The notes below the pieces were generated by a model. The model did no database searches. It was given only the letters and a program-made list of their open reading frames with translations, and was not told where the DNA came from. The translations under genes were made by a program, and so were the position numbers. A DNA stretch of 64,000 bases from Arcobacteraceae bacterium (lineage in GTDB: Bacteria > Campylobacterota > Campylobacteria > Campylobacterales > Arcobacteraceae). The stretch spans positions 32,001 to 96,000 of the forward strand of contig CBDCZH010000016.1 of assembly GCA_965224485.1 (NCBI GenBank), read 5' to 3'. The stretch's first letter is position 1. Each line of letters begins with the position of its first letter. Below, one piece after another: positions 21,413 to 31,537 of this stretch.

Positions 21413-22036
21413 CTAATACTCTAAGGGTGTTTTTTTAATTTTTTCATCAGCATCAGGTGATATAGCCCCAAAACCTGGATACTCTTTTTGTGAAGATAAT
21501 TTATCTAAAGGAGTTAATAAATCTTCTTTAAGAACAAAATGTGCTCTTTGCTCACTTGCATTTTCGTACCTTCCACCATGAACTATCGCTAATTCAGGAC
21601 AAACCTCAGCACAATAACCACAAAAAATACAACGTCCAAAATTAATTGTATATTCTAAAACTTCTTTACGTGAATTCTTATCAATTTTTGTATCCATTTT
21701 TATACAATCAGCTATGCAAATCTTTTCACATAAACCACAACCAATACATCTATTCTCACCAGATTCCAAAAGCCCTAATAACTTATGAACAGCTCTATAT
21801 CTTGGACCTATTGGTAGTTTCTCCATTGGGTATTGAACTGTATGCATTTTATCATCAAATAAAGCTTCTTTCATCATAACTAGAGTAATTTTTAAACCTC
21901 CAAAAAGATCTCTTTGTATTGATCTTTTTAAAACTTGTTTAAAACTTTCCCATTTAGTTTTAGGGGATATAGGTTCTTGTACTTTTACATAAGAACCCTG
22001 CCCTACGTTTCTGTTTTTAAACTCTTTTAAACTCAT
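21413..22036 (-). CDS. nuoI: NADH-quinone oxidoreductase subunit I
   Basis: Two 4Fe-4S motifs CIGCGLCEKIC and CIFCGYCAEVCP. Confidence 0.96.
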   Translation of the reverse strand: MSLKEFKNRNVGQGSYVKVQEPISPKTKWESFKQVLKRSIQRDLFGGLKITLVMMKEALFDDKMHTVQYPMEKLPIGPRYRAVHKLLGLLESGENRCIGCGLCEKICIADCIKMDTKIDKNSRKEVLEYTINFGRCIFCGYCAEVCPELAIVHGGRYENASEQRAHFVLKEDLLTPLDKLSSQKEYPGFGAISPDADEKIKKTPLEY

Positions 22037-22045
22037 ACAAGACTC

Positions 22046-23038
22046 CTATATCATTATTACAAAACCAGTAATTAAAATATTAATCACTGCTAATGGCATT
22101 AAAATTTTCCAACATAACCACATTAATTGGTCAGGTCTAACATGAGGCCAAGAAGCTCTTGTCCATAAGAAGAAAAAGATCAAGAACATAACTTTTAAAA
22201 CAATAGCAAGGCCTCCTGGAATAAAACCTAGGTCATTAAATCCACCTAAAAACAGAAGTGAAATTAAAAAACAAATAGTAAAAAGGTTTGCATACTCTCC
22301 TATAAAAAACATTCCCCATCTCATACCAGAATATTCAGTTGCATAACCAGCAACTATTTCAGCCTCATGTTCTAATAAGTCAAAAGGTGTTCTATTTGTT
22401 TCAGCAAAGCCAGCAATTACAAATAAAACAAATGCCAAAGGTTGAGTAAATACCATCCAATGTATTATTCCCCCTGCTTGATAATTATTTAAATCAATTA
22501 AAGAAAGACTTCCAACTAACATCAAAGGAGCTAGCAAGGCTAATCCTGAAACTACTTCATAAGATAAAAGCTGAATTGCAGTACGTGCACCTCCAAGTAA
22601 TCCCCACTTATTCGCACAACTCATTCCCCCTAATAAAGGACCATAAAGTCCAATTGAAGCTACTCCCATAACAAATAGAATACCTACGTTTACGTCTGAG
22701 ATAATTGGTCTTACTGTATATCCAAACATTTCAAATTCTGGAAAAAAAGGAATTGCACTCATTGCTATAAAAGCTGTTGCTGATGTTATAATTGGAGCAA
22801 TCATAAAAATAGGTTTTACTGCATTTTGAGGAACAAAATCTTCTTTTGTAAAAAGTTTTATTCCATCTGCTGCTAATTGTAAAAGACCATAAGGCCCTAC
22901 ATTAGTTGGACCTAATCTTCTTTGCATAAAAGCTAAAACTTTTCTCTCAATATAGGTTGTAAAACCTGCAAGAGCTGAAAAAACAGATAAAACTATTACA
23001 ACTTTTATAATAGTTTCAATTATATATCCTAGTTCCAT
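22046..23038 (-). CDS. nuoH: NADH-quinone oxidoreductase subunit H
   Basis: ERKVLAFMQRRLGP, AETNRTPFDL, EYSGMRW. Confidence 0.97.
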   Translation of the reverse strand: MELGYIIETIIKVVIVLSVFSALAGFTTYIERKVLAFMQRRLGPTNVGPYGLLQLAADGIKLFTKEDFVPQNAVKPIFMIAPIITSATAFIAMSAIPFFPEFEMFGYTVRPIISDVNVGILFVMGVASIGLYGPLLGGMSCANKWGLLGGARTAIQLLSYEVVSGLALLAPLMLVGSLSLIDLNNYQAGGIIHWMVFTQPLAFVLFVIAGFAETNRTPFDLLEHEAEIVAGYATEYSGMRWGMFFIGEYANLFTICFLISLLFLGGFNDLGFIPGGLAIVLKVMFLIFFFLWTRASWPHVRPDQLMWLCWKILMPLAVINILITGFVIMI

Positions 23039-23039
23039 T

Positions 23040-25514
23040 TTAAACCTTTTTTACTACAGCTTGAGTATATCTATATGTATCAAATAATTCTTTTGTATTT
23101 AGATCTTTTTCAAAAGTTGAAACGTAAGCGATTTCACCTTTTATTTGTTTATCAAGATAAATACTTAGCTCTAATGCTATATTATTTGTAACAACACTTA
23201 CTCTATCATTTTGTTCTAATTCAAGTTTTTCCATTAGTTCTTGGGATACAAAAATACCTGATTGTAAAGTAGGTGCAAATTCATGGCAAATAGCTGTAAA
23301 TTCATTAAATTGATTCATAGGATTTGCTCTATAAATTAAAATTTCACCTTCTTCTAAAAGAATTTCATCTTTTTTATATTCTACATACTCATCAAAGCTT
23401 TCACACGCATAAGAGCTAATAATATAACCTCTATTGTTTTTTTGATCATTTGAATAAGTATTCTTTAAATCATCAAAGTCAATATTTTTAAAACCTTTTT
23501 CTAAAGGAAACATAGAAGTATATTCTATAGTATGCTCAAACTGCACATCTAAGATTTCATTTGCTAATTCATTTAAGGTATATCCCTTATAAGGCAAAGC
23601 AGCATTTGTTGGAACTAATTTTTTATCAATACTTACAAACGTTCCTTCTTGTTGATTAAGTGCTGGCATATCTAAAGAGCCATCACCCAAGGCGGATATT
23701 TCATAATCACCTTTTACATTATATGAAAAAACAAAACCTTCTTCTTCTTCATCTAAGTCACATAATAAAGATACACCTAAAGTATTTGTTTTTGTGGGGA
23801 TTATAACAAGTTTAAACTCTGTATATTTTTGAATTAAACCACATAGTTTTGCAATGTTTTTAGAATTTTCATGACTTATTAAGTCCTCACCTATGATTAA
23901 AGAATAAGAGTCTTTTTTTACAAGCATTTTTATAATTATCTCTGCTAAGTCTTGCTGTGCTCCTATATTTTCTAATAAAGTATAATAAGTATATTCTACT
24001 TCTTTAGAAACTTCTTTACTTACAACTTTTTTAACTTCTTTTTCTTCTTGTGTTTCTTCATCTTTAATATGCTCAATTATTGTCTCTTTAATACTTTCTT
24101 TTATAGTTTTTACTCTTGTTTCTTTTAATGAGTCTAAATAAGAAGCTAAAGATGGGGGTAAATCTTTTGCAAAAGTATCTAAAATAAAATATAAAACAGC
24201 TTCTTCACTTAAAGGTTTATAAGCAATAAACTCAGTACTTTTACCTTTCTTTCCAATTTGTTCCATAATTGGATCTAAAATAGGATGGAAATATAAAGCT
24301 GCTCCTTTATTTGTTACAACAGAGTTATTTAAAGCATATCTTGCATGAGGTAAATCATGTTTCAAAAAAGAACCTAAAGAAATTACAAAATTTGACTTAT
24401 GAACATCTTCTAAAGAAGCGTTATATAAACTCTCTCCTGAAGTACGTGAAAAGTTTTTTAAGAACTGTGCATAAGAATAAGCATCAGAATTTATAAGTTT
24501 AACTCCAAGTTTTTCTTTTAGTTTTTGTAAAATAAAAGCCTCTTCATTTGTAATAAAAGAGCTAAATTTAATAGTATTTGCTTTTTTTAAAGCATTTACT
24601 GCCTCATTAAAAGCTTTTTCATCTTTTTCTTGAACCTTATTTTCAAAATCATAAGCAAATCTTGCTGCTCCATTTAACGTAACATAATGATGATCATTTG
24701 TAACCCTATATACTTTTTGAACATCATGTTTTAATACTGATTCATGTTTAGTTTCATAATACATTAAAGAACAATCACTTGAGTGAGGATTTGAAGCTGG
24801 AATTTTATTTAATTCCCAAGAATTTGATTTATATTGAAAATCATGAGAAACTAAAGCTCCAACAGGACAAACAGAAATACACTCTCCACAGTCTGTACAG
24901 GCATCTTCATTAAAACCAATAAGTGATTTATTTAGTTTGTTCCACATAGCATAAGCATCTTTAGGCATTTCATCTTTAAAGGTTTTAGAAATTGCTTCTG
25001 AGCCTCTTTTTACTGTACTTAAAGCAGAAGAACCAACCATATCTTTACATACAGTTACACATTTTTCACAAACTATACAAAGTCCTGGGTCATAATTCAT
25101 AACTCCCCAGTGTTGCGTTGGTCTAGGTACATCAGGAATGGCATAATTTTGTTGATCAACTTTCATATATAAAGAATAGTTTTGTAACTCACACTCTCCA
25201 CTTTGATCACAAACACCACATTGTAAAGGATGATTTACATCATACACTTCCATAATTGCACGTCTCTCTTTTACAATAGAAGTTGTATTAACAGTAACAC
25301 TCATATCTTCTTTTACTTTTGCATTACAAGCATATACTTGTTTTCCATCAGCCTCAACTAAACAAAGTCGACAGGCTAAAGTAGGTGAACATCTTGTTAA
25401 ATAACAAATAGCTGGAACAAAAATATCATTGGCTCTGGCTACATTTAAAATGCTTTCACCTTCTTTTGCCTGTATACTTTTTCCATCAATTTGTAAGTTA
25501 ATCAAATCACTCAC
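23040..25514 (-). CDS. nuoG: NADH-quinone oxidoreductase subunit G (Campylobacterota type)
   Basis: CRLCLVE, HPLQCGVCDQSGECELQ, CIVCEKCVTVC, CTDCGECISVCP; GTG at 25514 preferred as start. Confidence 0.94.
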   Translation of the reverse strand: MSDLINLQIDGKSIQAKEGESILNVARANDIFVPAICYLTRCSPTLACRLCLVEADGKQVYACNAKVKEDMSVTVNTTSIVKERRAIMEVYDVNHPLQCGVCDQSGECELQNYSLYMKVDQQNYAIPDVPRPTQHWGVMNYDPGLCIVCEKCVTVCKDMVGSSALSTVKRGSEAISKTFKDEMPKDAYAMWNKLNKSLIGFNEDACTDCGECISVCPVGALVSHDFQYKSNSWELNKIPASNPHSSDCSLMYYETKHESVLKHDVQKVYRVTNDHHYVTLNGAARFAYDFENKVQEKDEKAFNEAVNALKKANTIKFSSFITNEEAFILQKLKEKLGVKLINSDAYSYAQFLKNFSRTSGESLYNASLEDVHKSNFVISLGSFLKHDLPHARYALNNSVVTNKGAALYFHPILDPIMEQIGKKGKSTEFIAYKPLSEEAVLYFILDTFAKDLPPSLASYLDSLKETRVKTIKESIKETIIEHIKDEETQEEKEVKKVVSKEVSKEVEYTYYTLLENIGAQQDLAEIIIKMLVKKDSYSLIIGEDLISHENSKNIAKLCGLIQKYTEFKLVIIPTKTNTLGVSLLCDLDEEEEGFVFSYNVKGDYEISALGDGSLDMPALNQQEGTFVSIDKKLVPTNAALPYKGYTLNELANEILDVQFEHTIEYTSMFPLEKGFKNIDFDDLKNTYSNDQKNNRGYIISSYACESFDEYVEYKKDEILLEEGEILIYRANPMNQFNEFTAICHEFAPTLQSGIFVSQELMEKLELEQNDRVSVVTNNIALELSIYLDKQIKGEIAYVSTFEKDLNTKELFDTYRYTQAVVKKV

Positions 25515-26317
25515 TGGGTTCAACCTTTTGTACTTTTACTCTCTTATATCTATAACCAACAGAGTTTGCATTTTCATCAAGAGCAGTTGAGCATAAAGCA
25601 ATAGTCCCTTGAAGATTTTTTATCAAGAACAAATACTTTTTTTACTTTTTGCTCATTTATTTCAAAAACTATTTCATCTTTATCTTGTATTTTTGCAAGT
25701 CTTGAGAAAGATTCACTTCCTACAATGCTATCTAATAAAATATCATCAAAATAGCTATAAATTAGCGTTCCATTATATGATTTCAATTCATTTATTTCTT
25801 CTAAATTTTCATCTAAACAGGTATCAATTAAAACTTGTAAACCTTCATCTAAAGCTAGAACTTCAAAAGAAGTGTATTTTTTTATAATTGCTAAAATTTT
25901 AATAATATTTGTAAGTCTATCATGAGATAAAACATCATCACCCACAAGTAAAACTTTTGATTTTTTATCTTTTGAAGATTCTAACATTTCTTCAAATTCT
26001 TCTTCACCAGCAGAACTCTCAGCAGAAATATATCCCATATCTAAATCATTGATATAAGATTTTATCTCTTCGTTAGAATCTCTTACTAGTGTTTCAAGAA
26101 GCATTGAAGCTATTCCTTCTTCACTTCCAACTTCATATTTAATAAATTGAGTATAATAAAATTTTACATTAATATCATCCATTGGATGCATATAAATAAA
26201 TTGTGCAGATTTTTTTGCAATTGCTTCGATAATAGCATCATTTACGTCTTGTTTATCTCTTGATATAAATGAGCCAAAGCTTATTATAAAATCACTGTTT
26301 TTAATTGTATTTATCAT
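25507..26317 (-). CDS. non-canonical complex I subunit in the NuoF slot (NuoY-like); apparent extra-A frameshift near the 3' end
   Basis: Lies between the E-like gene and nuoG with no FMN/NADH or Fe-S motifs; removing one A from A6 at 25616-25621 extends it to ...GYRYKRVKVQKVEPSE* overlapping the nuoG start. Confidence 0.75.
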
Positions 26318-26319
26318 AT

Positions 26320-26610
26320 TTATTTACTCTCTTCTTTATTTTCTTGATTTTCTTCATTTGTTTGTATATTTTCTACTTGCATTTCTTCTTTTTTAACTAC
26401 TAATGTCCAATCAACTTCATTAAACTTTATTGAGTTCATTAGGGTATATTTAGCTTCTTTAATTAGGTCTGCTGATTTTTGAATTGCAGAAAAGTCTCCA
26501 ATTTCAAATAAAAAAATTGCAACTTCTTTATCTTTCATATCTTTTTCCATAAGCTCTAACATACGCTCATAAAAATTCTCTTTTAAAGGTCGTAAATCAT
26601 ATCTTTTCAT
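26320..26610 (-). CDS. small non-canonical complex I subunit in the NuoE slot (NuoX-like)
   Basis: MKRYDLR...FLFEIGDF...[17 protein letters not shown], no cysteines; directly after nuoD. Confidence 0.8.
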   Translation of the reverse strand: MKRYDLRPLKENFYERMLELMEKDMKDKEVAIFLFEIGDFSAIQKSADLIKEAKYTLMNSIKFNEVDWTLVVKKEEMQVENIQTNEENQENKEESK

Positions 26611-27836
26611 CTATCTATTTCTCCAAATACTACATTTAAATTACCAATAATAGCAACAACATCAGCTAATTGATGCCCAGGAAGTAAGTCTTCTAATAAA
26701 CCAGTATGAAAAAATGAAGGAGCTCTTAGTTTCATCTTATAAGCATAAGGGCTTCCATCACTAACAACCATAAAACCTAACTCACCTTTTGGTGATTCTG
26801 TTGCCACATAAACTTCACCCTTAGGTGGTCTCATACCTTGAGTTACTAAAACAAAATGTTGCATCAAAGAGTAGTTTTGTGTCATGATTTCTTCTTTTGG
26901 AGCTGAGATATACTCAGGAGCATGAGCCATAAGTTGTGAGGAGGATTCTTTATACATAGGAATTAACTGTCTTAAAATTCTTACACATTGAGGTAATTCT
27001 GCCATATAAAGTTTATATCTAGTATAACAATCTCCATTCTCACCAACAGGAACATCAAAATCAAGTTCAGGGTATAAACCATAAGGCATTTCTCTACGTA
27101 AATCCCACTTAATTCCACTAGCTCTTAAAATAATTCCAGAACAAGCCCAAGATTTTGCCATTTCTTGATTTATAACTCCAACCCCTTCAAGTCTCATTTT
27201 CCAAATTCTATTCTCGCTTAATAACCCTTCGTATTTTTTCACTTCTTCTAATAAAATAACACAAAACTTTTCTAAATCTTCACACCAATTATCTGGCAAG
27301 TCTAAAGGAACTCCACCAATTCGAACTGCACTATGAGTAAGTCTAGCTCCACAATAATCTTCAATTAAATCCATAGCATATTCACGCTCTCTAAAAGCAT
27401 ATAAAAATACAGACATAGCTCCTACATCTAAAGCATGAGTAGCTAGCCAAAAAAGGTGAGACATAATTCTATTTAACTCTAAAAGCATGGTTCGTATAAC
27501 CTCAGCACGTCTGGGAGCTTCTATACCTAAGAGTTGTTCAATTGCTAAGGCATAACCATAGTTATTTGAAGTAGAAGCTATATAATCCATTCTATCTGTT
27601 GTAGGTAAGAATTCGTTATACATCATATTCTCACCCATTTTTTCCATTCCCCTATGTAAGTACCCAATTCCAGGAGTAGCTTTTGTAACTTCTTCTCCTT
27701 GTAGCTCTAACATAAGTCTCATTTGTCCATGAGCAGAAGGATGTTGGGGGCCGAAGTTAACCATCATAGTATTATCTTCACGCTCAAAATTCATATTTTC
27801 GAAAAAAGGTTTTAATCTATTTACTTGTTGCTGCAT
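26607..27836 (-). CDS. nuoD: NADH-quinone oxidoreductase subunit D
   Basis: [35 protein letters not shown]. Confidence 0.97.
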   Translation of the reverse strand: MQQQVNRLKPFFENMNFEREDNTMMVNFGPQHPSAHGQMRLMLELQGEEVTKATPGIGYLHRGMEKMGENMMYNEFLPTTDRMDYIASTSNNYGYALAIEQLLGIEAPRRAEVIRTMLLELNRIMSHLFWLATHALDVGAMSVFLYAFREREYAMDLIEDYCGARLTHSAVRIGGVPLDLPDNWCEDLEKFCVILLEEVKKYEGLLSENRIWKMRLEGVGVINQEMAKSWACSGIILRASGIKWDLRREMPYGLYPELDFDVPVGENGDCYTRYKLYMAELPQCVRILRQLIPMYKESSSQLMAHAPEYISAPKEEIMTQNYSLMQHFVLVTQGMRPPKGEVYVATESPKGELGFMVVSDGSPYAYKMKLRAPSFFHTGLLEDLLPGHQLADVVAIIGNLNVVFGEIDR

Positions 27837-27837
27837 C

Positions 27838-28648
27838 TTATCTTCTTTTCTTCAAGGTTATGCTATCTTTTTCATGAAATTTTTTTATAAACTTAACTCC
27901 ACCTTCTTCTTGATAAGCCAAAGCAGTATGTTCAGGTTCTCTGCCATTTGTTATATCAACTCCATGTTCTACTTCATGACCTAATCTTGCAAAACGTTTT
28001 GTATCATATCTATCAATAGCCGCACTATCTCTTATTTCAGGTCCAATTACATCTCTAGCTTCTTTACCAAAGATTTTATCAACCTCATACCAAGAAGCAG
28101 CCTCATCACCTTGTAAGGGATAAGTCTTTTTTAAAGGATGGTCATACCAATCATCAGGCATAAGAATTCTTTTTCATAAAAGGATGATTAGTAATAATAA
28201 CTCCATACATATCATACATTTCTCGCTCAGACCACGAAGCCATTTTAAATAAAGAAATAACAGATTCTATACTTTGTTTTTGCTCTATAAAAGTTTTAAC
28301 TCTAATTCTTTTACGTTTCTTTAAAGAAAGTAATTCATAAAAAATCTCAAAACCTTTTCTTGTTGAAATATAATCAATAGCAGAGAGTTCCATTAACATA
28401 TCATAGTCTAAAACATCTCTTAAAAATTTCAGTGTTTTTACATTGTCTTTTGAAGATATATATAAAACTAATTCTTTATTTTCTATATAAGATTCTGATA
28501 TTTGTACTTTTGAAGATAATTCTTCTATATCTTTTGCATAAACCTCATCATTTTCTACTTTACTTCTAGCAATAATAGGTGAAACAAAAAATCTATCTGT
28601 AAAATATGATTTTTTTTGTACATCATCTTTGTTTGTATATTTTCTCAT
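27838..28648 (-). CDS. nuoC: NADH-quinone oxidoreductase subunit C, split into two ORFs by one extra A
   Basis: 5' ORF has [11 protein letters not shown]...NHP, 3' ORF has [16 protein letters not shown]; deleting one A of A5 at 28170-28174 restores [13 protein letters not shown]. Confidence 0.9.
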
Positions 28649-29157
28649 TATACTAATCTCTTTTTAGGTTTGCTTCTAAAAATTGATTCTCTTCTGATTT
28701 TCTTTTGTAACATCATAAGAGCATATTGTAAGGTTTCTGGTCGTGGAGCACAACCTGGAAGATAAATATCAACAGGAATAATTCTATCTGCTCCTTGAAC
28801 TGTGGCATAAGTATTAAACATTCCACCAGTATTAGCACAACTTCCCATAGATATAACCCATTTAGGATCTGGCATTTGGTCGTATAATCTTCTCATAAAC
28901 TCAGCGTGCTTTTTAGTTAAAGTTCCTGCTATTACTATAACATCTGCCTGTCTTGGGCTTGCTCTAAAAATTGTTCCAAATCGATCGAAATCATAACGAG
29001 AAGCACCCGTTGCCATCATTTCGATCGCACAACAGGCAAGACCATATGTTAGGGGCCAAAGGGAGTTAGACCTACCCCAATTTACTAATTTATCAACAGT
29101 AGTAAGAGCAATAGGAGCTCCACCATTTGCTAAATAATTTACTTTATGCTGTGCCAC
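28648..29157 (-). CDS. nuoB: NADH-quinone oxidoreductase subunit B
   Basis: [33 protein letters not shown] at 29157 after AAGGAG. Confidence 0.96.
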   Translation of the reverse strand: MAQHKVNYLANGGAPIALTTVDKLVNWGRSNSLWPLTYGLACCAIEMMATGASRYDFDRFGTIFRASPRQADVIVIAGTLTKKHAEFMRRLYDQMPDPKWVISMGSCANTGGMFNTYATVQGADRIIPVDIYLPGCAPRPETLQYALMMLQKKIRRESIFRSKPKKRLV

Positions 29158-29528
29158 TGTAAGGCTCCTTTTTTCCAAGCGTATATAAAACCAATAGTTA
29201 ATAAAATTATAAAAAGTATCATCTCAATAAATCCAAACCAACCAAGAACTTTAAAATTCACAGCCCAAGGAAACATAAAAATAATTTCAATATCAAAAAG
29301 AATAAACAAAAGTGCCATTAGATAAAATTGTACTGAAATAGTATTTGGCTGTTTTGTTACTTCTGGACCACATTCGTATAAAGTACTTTTAAGTTTTTCT
29401 GTATCTAAACGAGCCAATTTTCTACTAATAAGCCTTGAAAGGAATACTGTTAGGCTAAAAGCGCTAAAAGTTAGAACAAACATTACAAAAGCACCAAAGT
29501 AAGGATGTGTAAAATCCATATGTGTCAT
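29139..29528 (-). CDS. nuoA: NADH-quinone oxidoreductase subunit A
   Basis: [22 protein letters not shown]. Confidence 0.96.
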   Translation of the reverse strand: MTHMDFTHPYFGAFVMFVLTFSAFSLTVFLSRLISRKLARLDTEKLKSTLYECGPEVTKQPNTISVQFYLMALLFILFDIEIIFMFPWAVNFKVLGWFGFIEMILFIILLTIGFIYAWKKGALQWHSIK

Positions 29529-29745
29529 ACTTTTTCCTTAGTGTTTAATATATTTATATTTTTTATAGAATATAACTAAATTTTAACTAATATGTCTTAA
29601 AGGAGTTCTTAATAATATCACTAGACTATACTTAGAAAGAAAATTTTTATCTAAAAGCTAGATATTTCATAATAATCATTCTTTTCTTCTATGTAATTCT
29701 TAATTTGAGGAATAAAATATATCTGTATAATAAATAGTTTTTAAA

Positions 29746-30501
29746 CTATTTATTATAATGTTTTGAACTCTTAGCATAAGAAGGAATTATTATATCTTCA
29801 TCTACTATTTTATAACGATTTATTGAAATATCATATAATTTACTTAAATTTTTTTCACTTAAGATATCAGAAGAATTTCCAAAAATACTTTTTCTAAACT
29901 TTTTAACTAAGAGAACTTTATTTGAAACATGTAAGGCTTGCATAGGACAATGGGTAGTAAAAACAACTATTTTACCCTCTTTTGCAACTTTACTAATAGC
30001 TTCTAATACTTTATCTTGATTATGATAGTCCAAGGCTGAACATGGTTCATCTAACATAATAACATTTGGATTAGAAACTAAGGCTCTTGCAATTAAAACC
30101 ATTTGTTTTTGTCCTCCACTTAAGGTTGAAAAACTATCTTCTAAAGTATGTAACATTCCAACTTGGTCTAAAACTTCTTTTGTTTTTACATAATCATTTT
30201 TGCAAGGAACAGCAAATAAACCATTTTTACTACTTCTTCCCATTACTACCATCTCTTTTACACAATAATCAAAAGGACTAAGTGTTTCTTGTGGTACATA
30301 TGAAACACTTCCTTCAAGTTTAATTTCTCCCTTATCTAAGGGTAAAAGTTTTAATAATGTTTTAATTAAGGTAGTTTTACCAGAACCATTTGGCCCAAGT
30401 ATTGCTAAAACATCTCCTTTATTTAAAGAAAAACTATGACCTTGAAAAATAGATTCTTGTTCTTTATCATAAGAAAAATGAATATCTTTTACGCTAAGCA
30501 T
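29746..30501 (-). CDS. type II (FecE/BtuD/MolC-like) ABC importer ATPase
   Basis: GPNGSGKT, LSGGQKQ, MLDEPCSALD, TTH. Confidence 0.92.
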   Translation of the reverse strand: MLSVKDIHFSYDKEQESIFQGHSFSLNKGDVLAILGPNGSGKTTLIKTLLKLLPLDKGEIKLEGSVSYVPQETLSPFDYCVKEMVVMGRSSKNGLFAVPCKNDYVKTKEVLDQVGMLHTLEDSFSTLSGGQKQMVLIARALVSNPNVIMLDEPCSALDYHNQDKVLEAISKVAKEGKIVVFTTHCPMQALHVSNKVLLVKKFRKSIFGNSSDILSEKNLSKLYDISINRYKIVDEDIIIPSYAKSSKHYNK

Positions 30502-31513
30502 TATTCCAACCTTTTAATTGAGTTCTATAAATTAAATAAGCAAAAATAGGTGCTCCAATTAAAGATGTAAGTACACCAATAGGAATTTCACCATAACTAG
30601 CAGTTCTAGCTATTGTGTCTATAACAATCATATAAATTGCTCCTATTAAAATAGATAAAGGTAATAATCTTGCATGATTAGCCCCTGTAATCATTCTTGC
30701 AAAATGGGGAATAATTAAACCAACCCAACCTACAATACCACTAACAGAAACTGTTGCTGATATTAAAACAGTACAAGATAATAAAATAATCCAACGAGAC
30801 AAATTAACGTTTACACCTAAAGAACTAGCTTCTTCTTCTCCTAAAGATAAAATATTAATAAGAAATCTCATTTTAAAAAGTAAAAAACCAAGTATACAAA
30901 AAGGAAGTGAAATATATAAAACATCTATATAAGAAGATTTATTATACGAACCCAAAAGCCAATAAACAATTGTGGGTAAGTTTTCATTAGGATCAGCAGT
31001 GTATTTAGCAAGAGAAATCAAAGAAGCAAAAAAAGCAGAAGTAACAATACCTCCAAGAACTAAAGATAAAACATTCTTAGAACCCCCAGCTTTAGCAACT
31101 CCCATAGTAATTAAAATAGCTACTAAACCAAAAGCAAAAGCAAACAAGGGAATAAATAAATCTGACAACATAAATAAAATAGCCAAAACACCCCCAAAAG
31201 CAGCACCTGAGGATACTCCAATGATTTGAGGACCAACTAAAGGATTTCTAAAGATACCTTGTAAAGAAGCCCCACTTAAAGAAAGAGCAGCACCACAAAT
31301 ACCTGCAACAAGAATCCTAGGTAGCCGTATTTGCTCAATAACTCTTTCTTGTATAACATCAATACTACTTGGCATACTACTTATATTATCAAGTAGTATT
31401 AAAAAAACATTAAAATAAGAAATAGGATATCGTCCTAAACATAAGGCAAAAAGCATTACAAAAAGAAGTAAAACTAATAAAAGACTTATTTGAAAAGTAT
31501 AGTTTCTAAACAT
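30494..31513 (-). CDS. FecCD/BtuC-family ABC permease
   Basis: IRLPR, LQGIFRNPLV, EEEASSLGV, GWVGLIIPH, EIPIG. Confidence 0.93.
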   Translation of the reverse strand: MFRNYTFQISLLLVLLLFVMLFALCLGRYPISYFNVFLILLDNISSMPSSIDVIQERVIEQIRLPRILVAGICGAALSLSGASLQGIFRNPLVGPQIIGVSSGAAFGGVLAILFMLSDLFIPLFAFAFGLVAILITMGVAKAGGSKNVLSLVLGGIVTSAFFASLISLAKYTADPNENLPTIVYWLLGSYNKSSYIDVLYISLPFCILGFLLFKMRFLINILSLGEEEASSLGVNVNLSRWIILLSCTVLISATVSVSGIVGWVGLIIPHFARMITGANHARLLPLSILIGAIYMIVIDTIARTASYGEIPIGVLTSLIGAPIFAYLIYRTQLKGWNNA

Positions 31514-31537
31514 TTGCTAAGACTTCTATACTCATAA

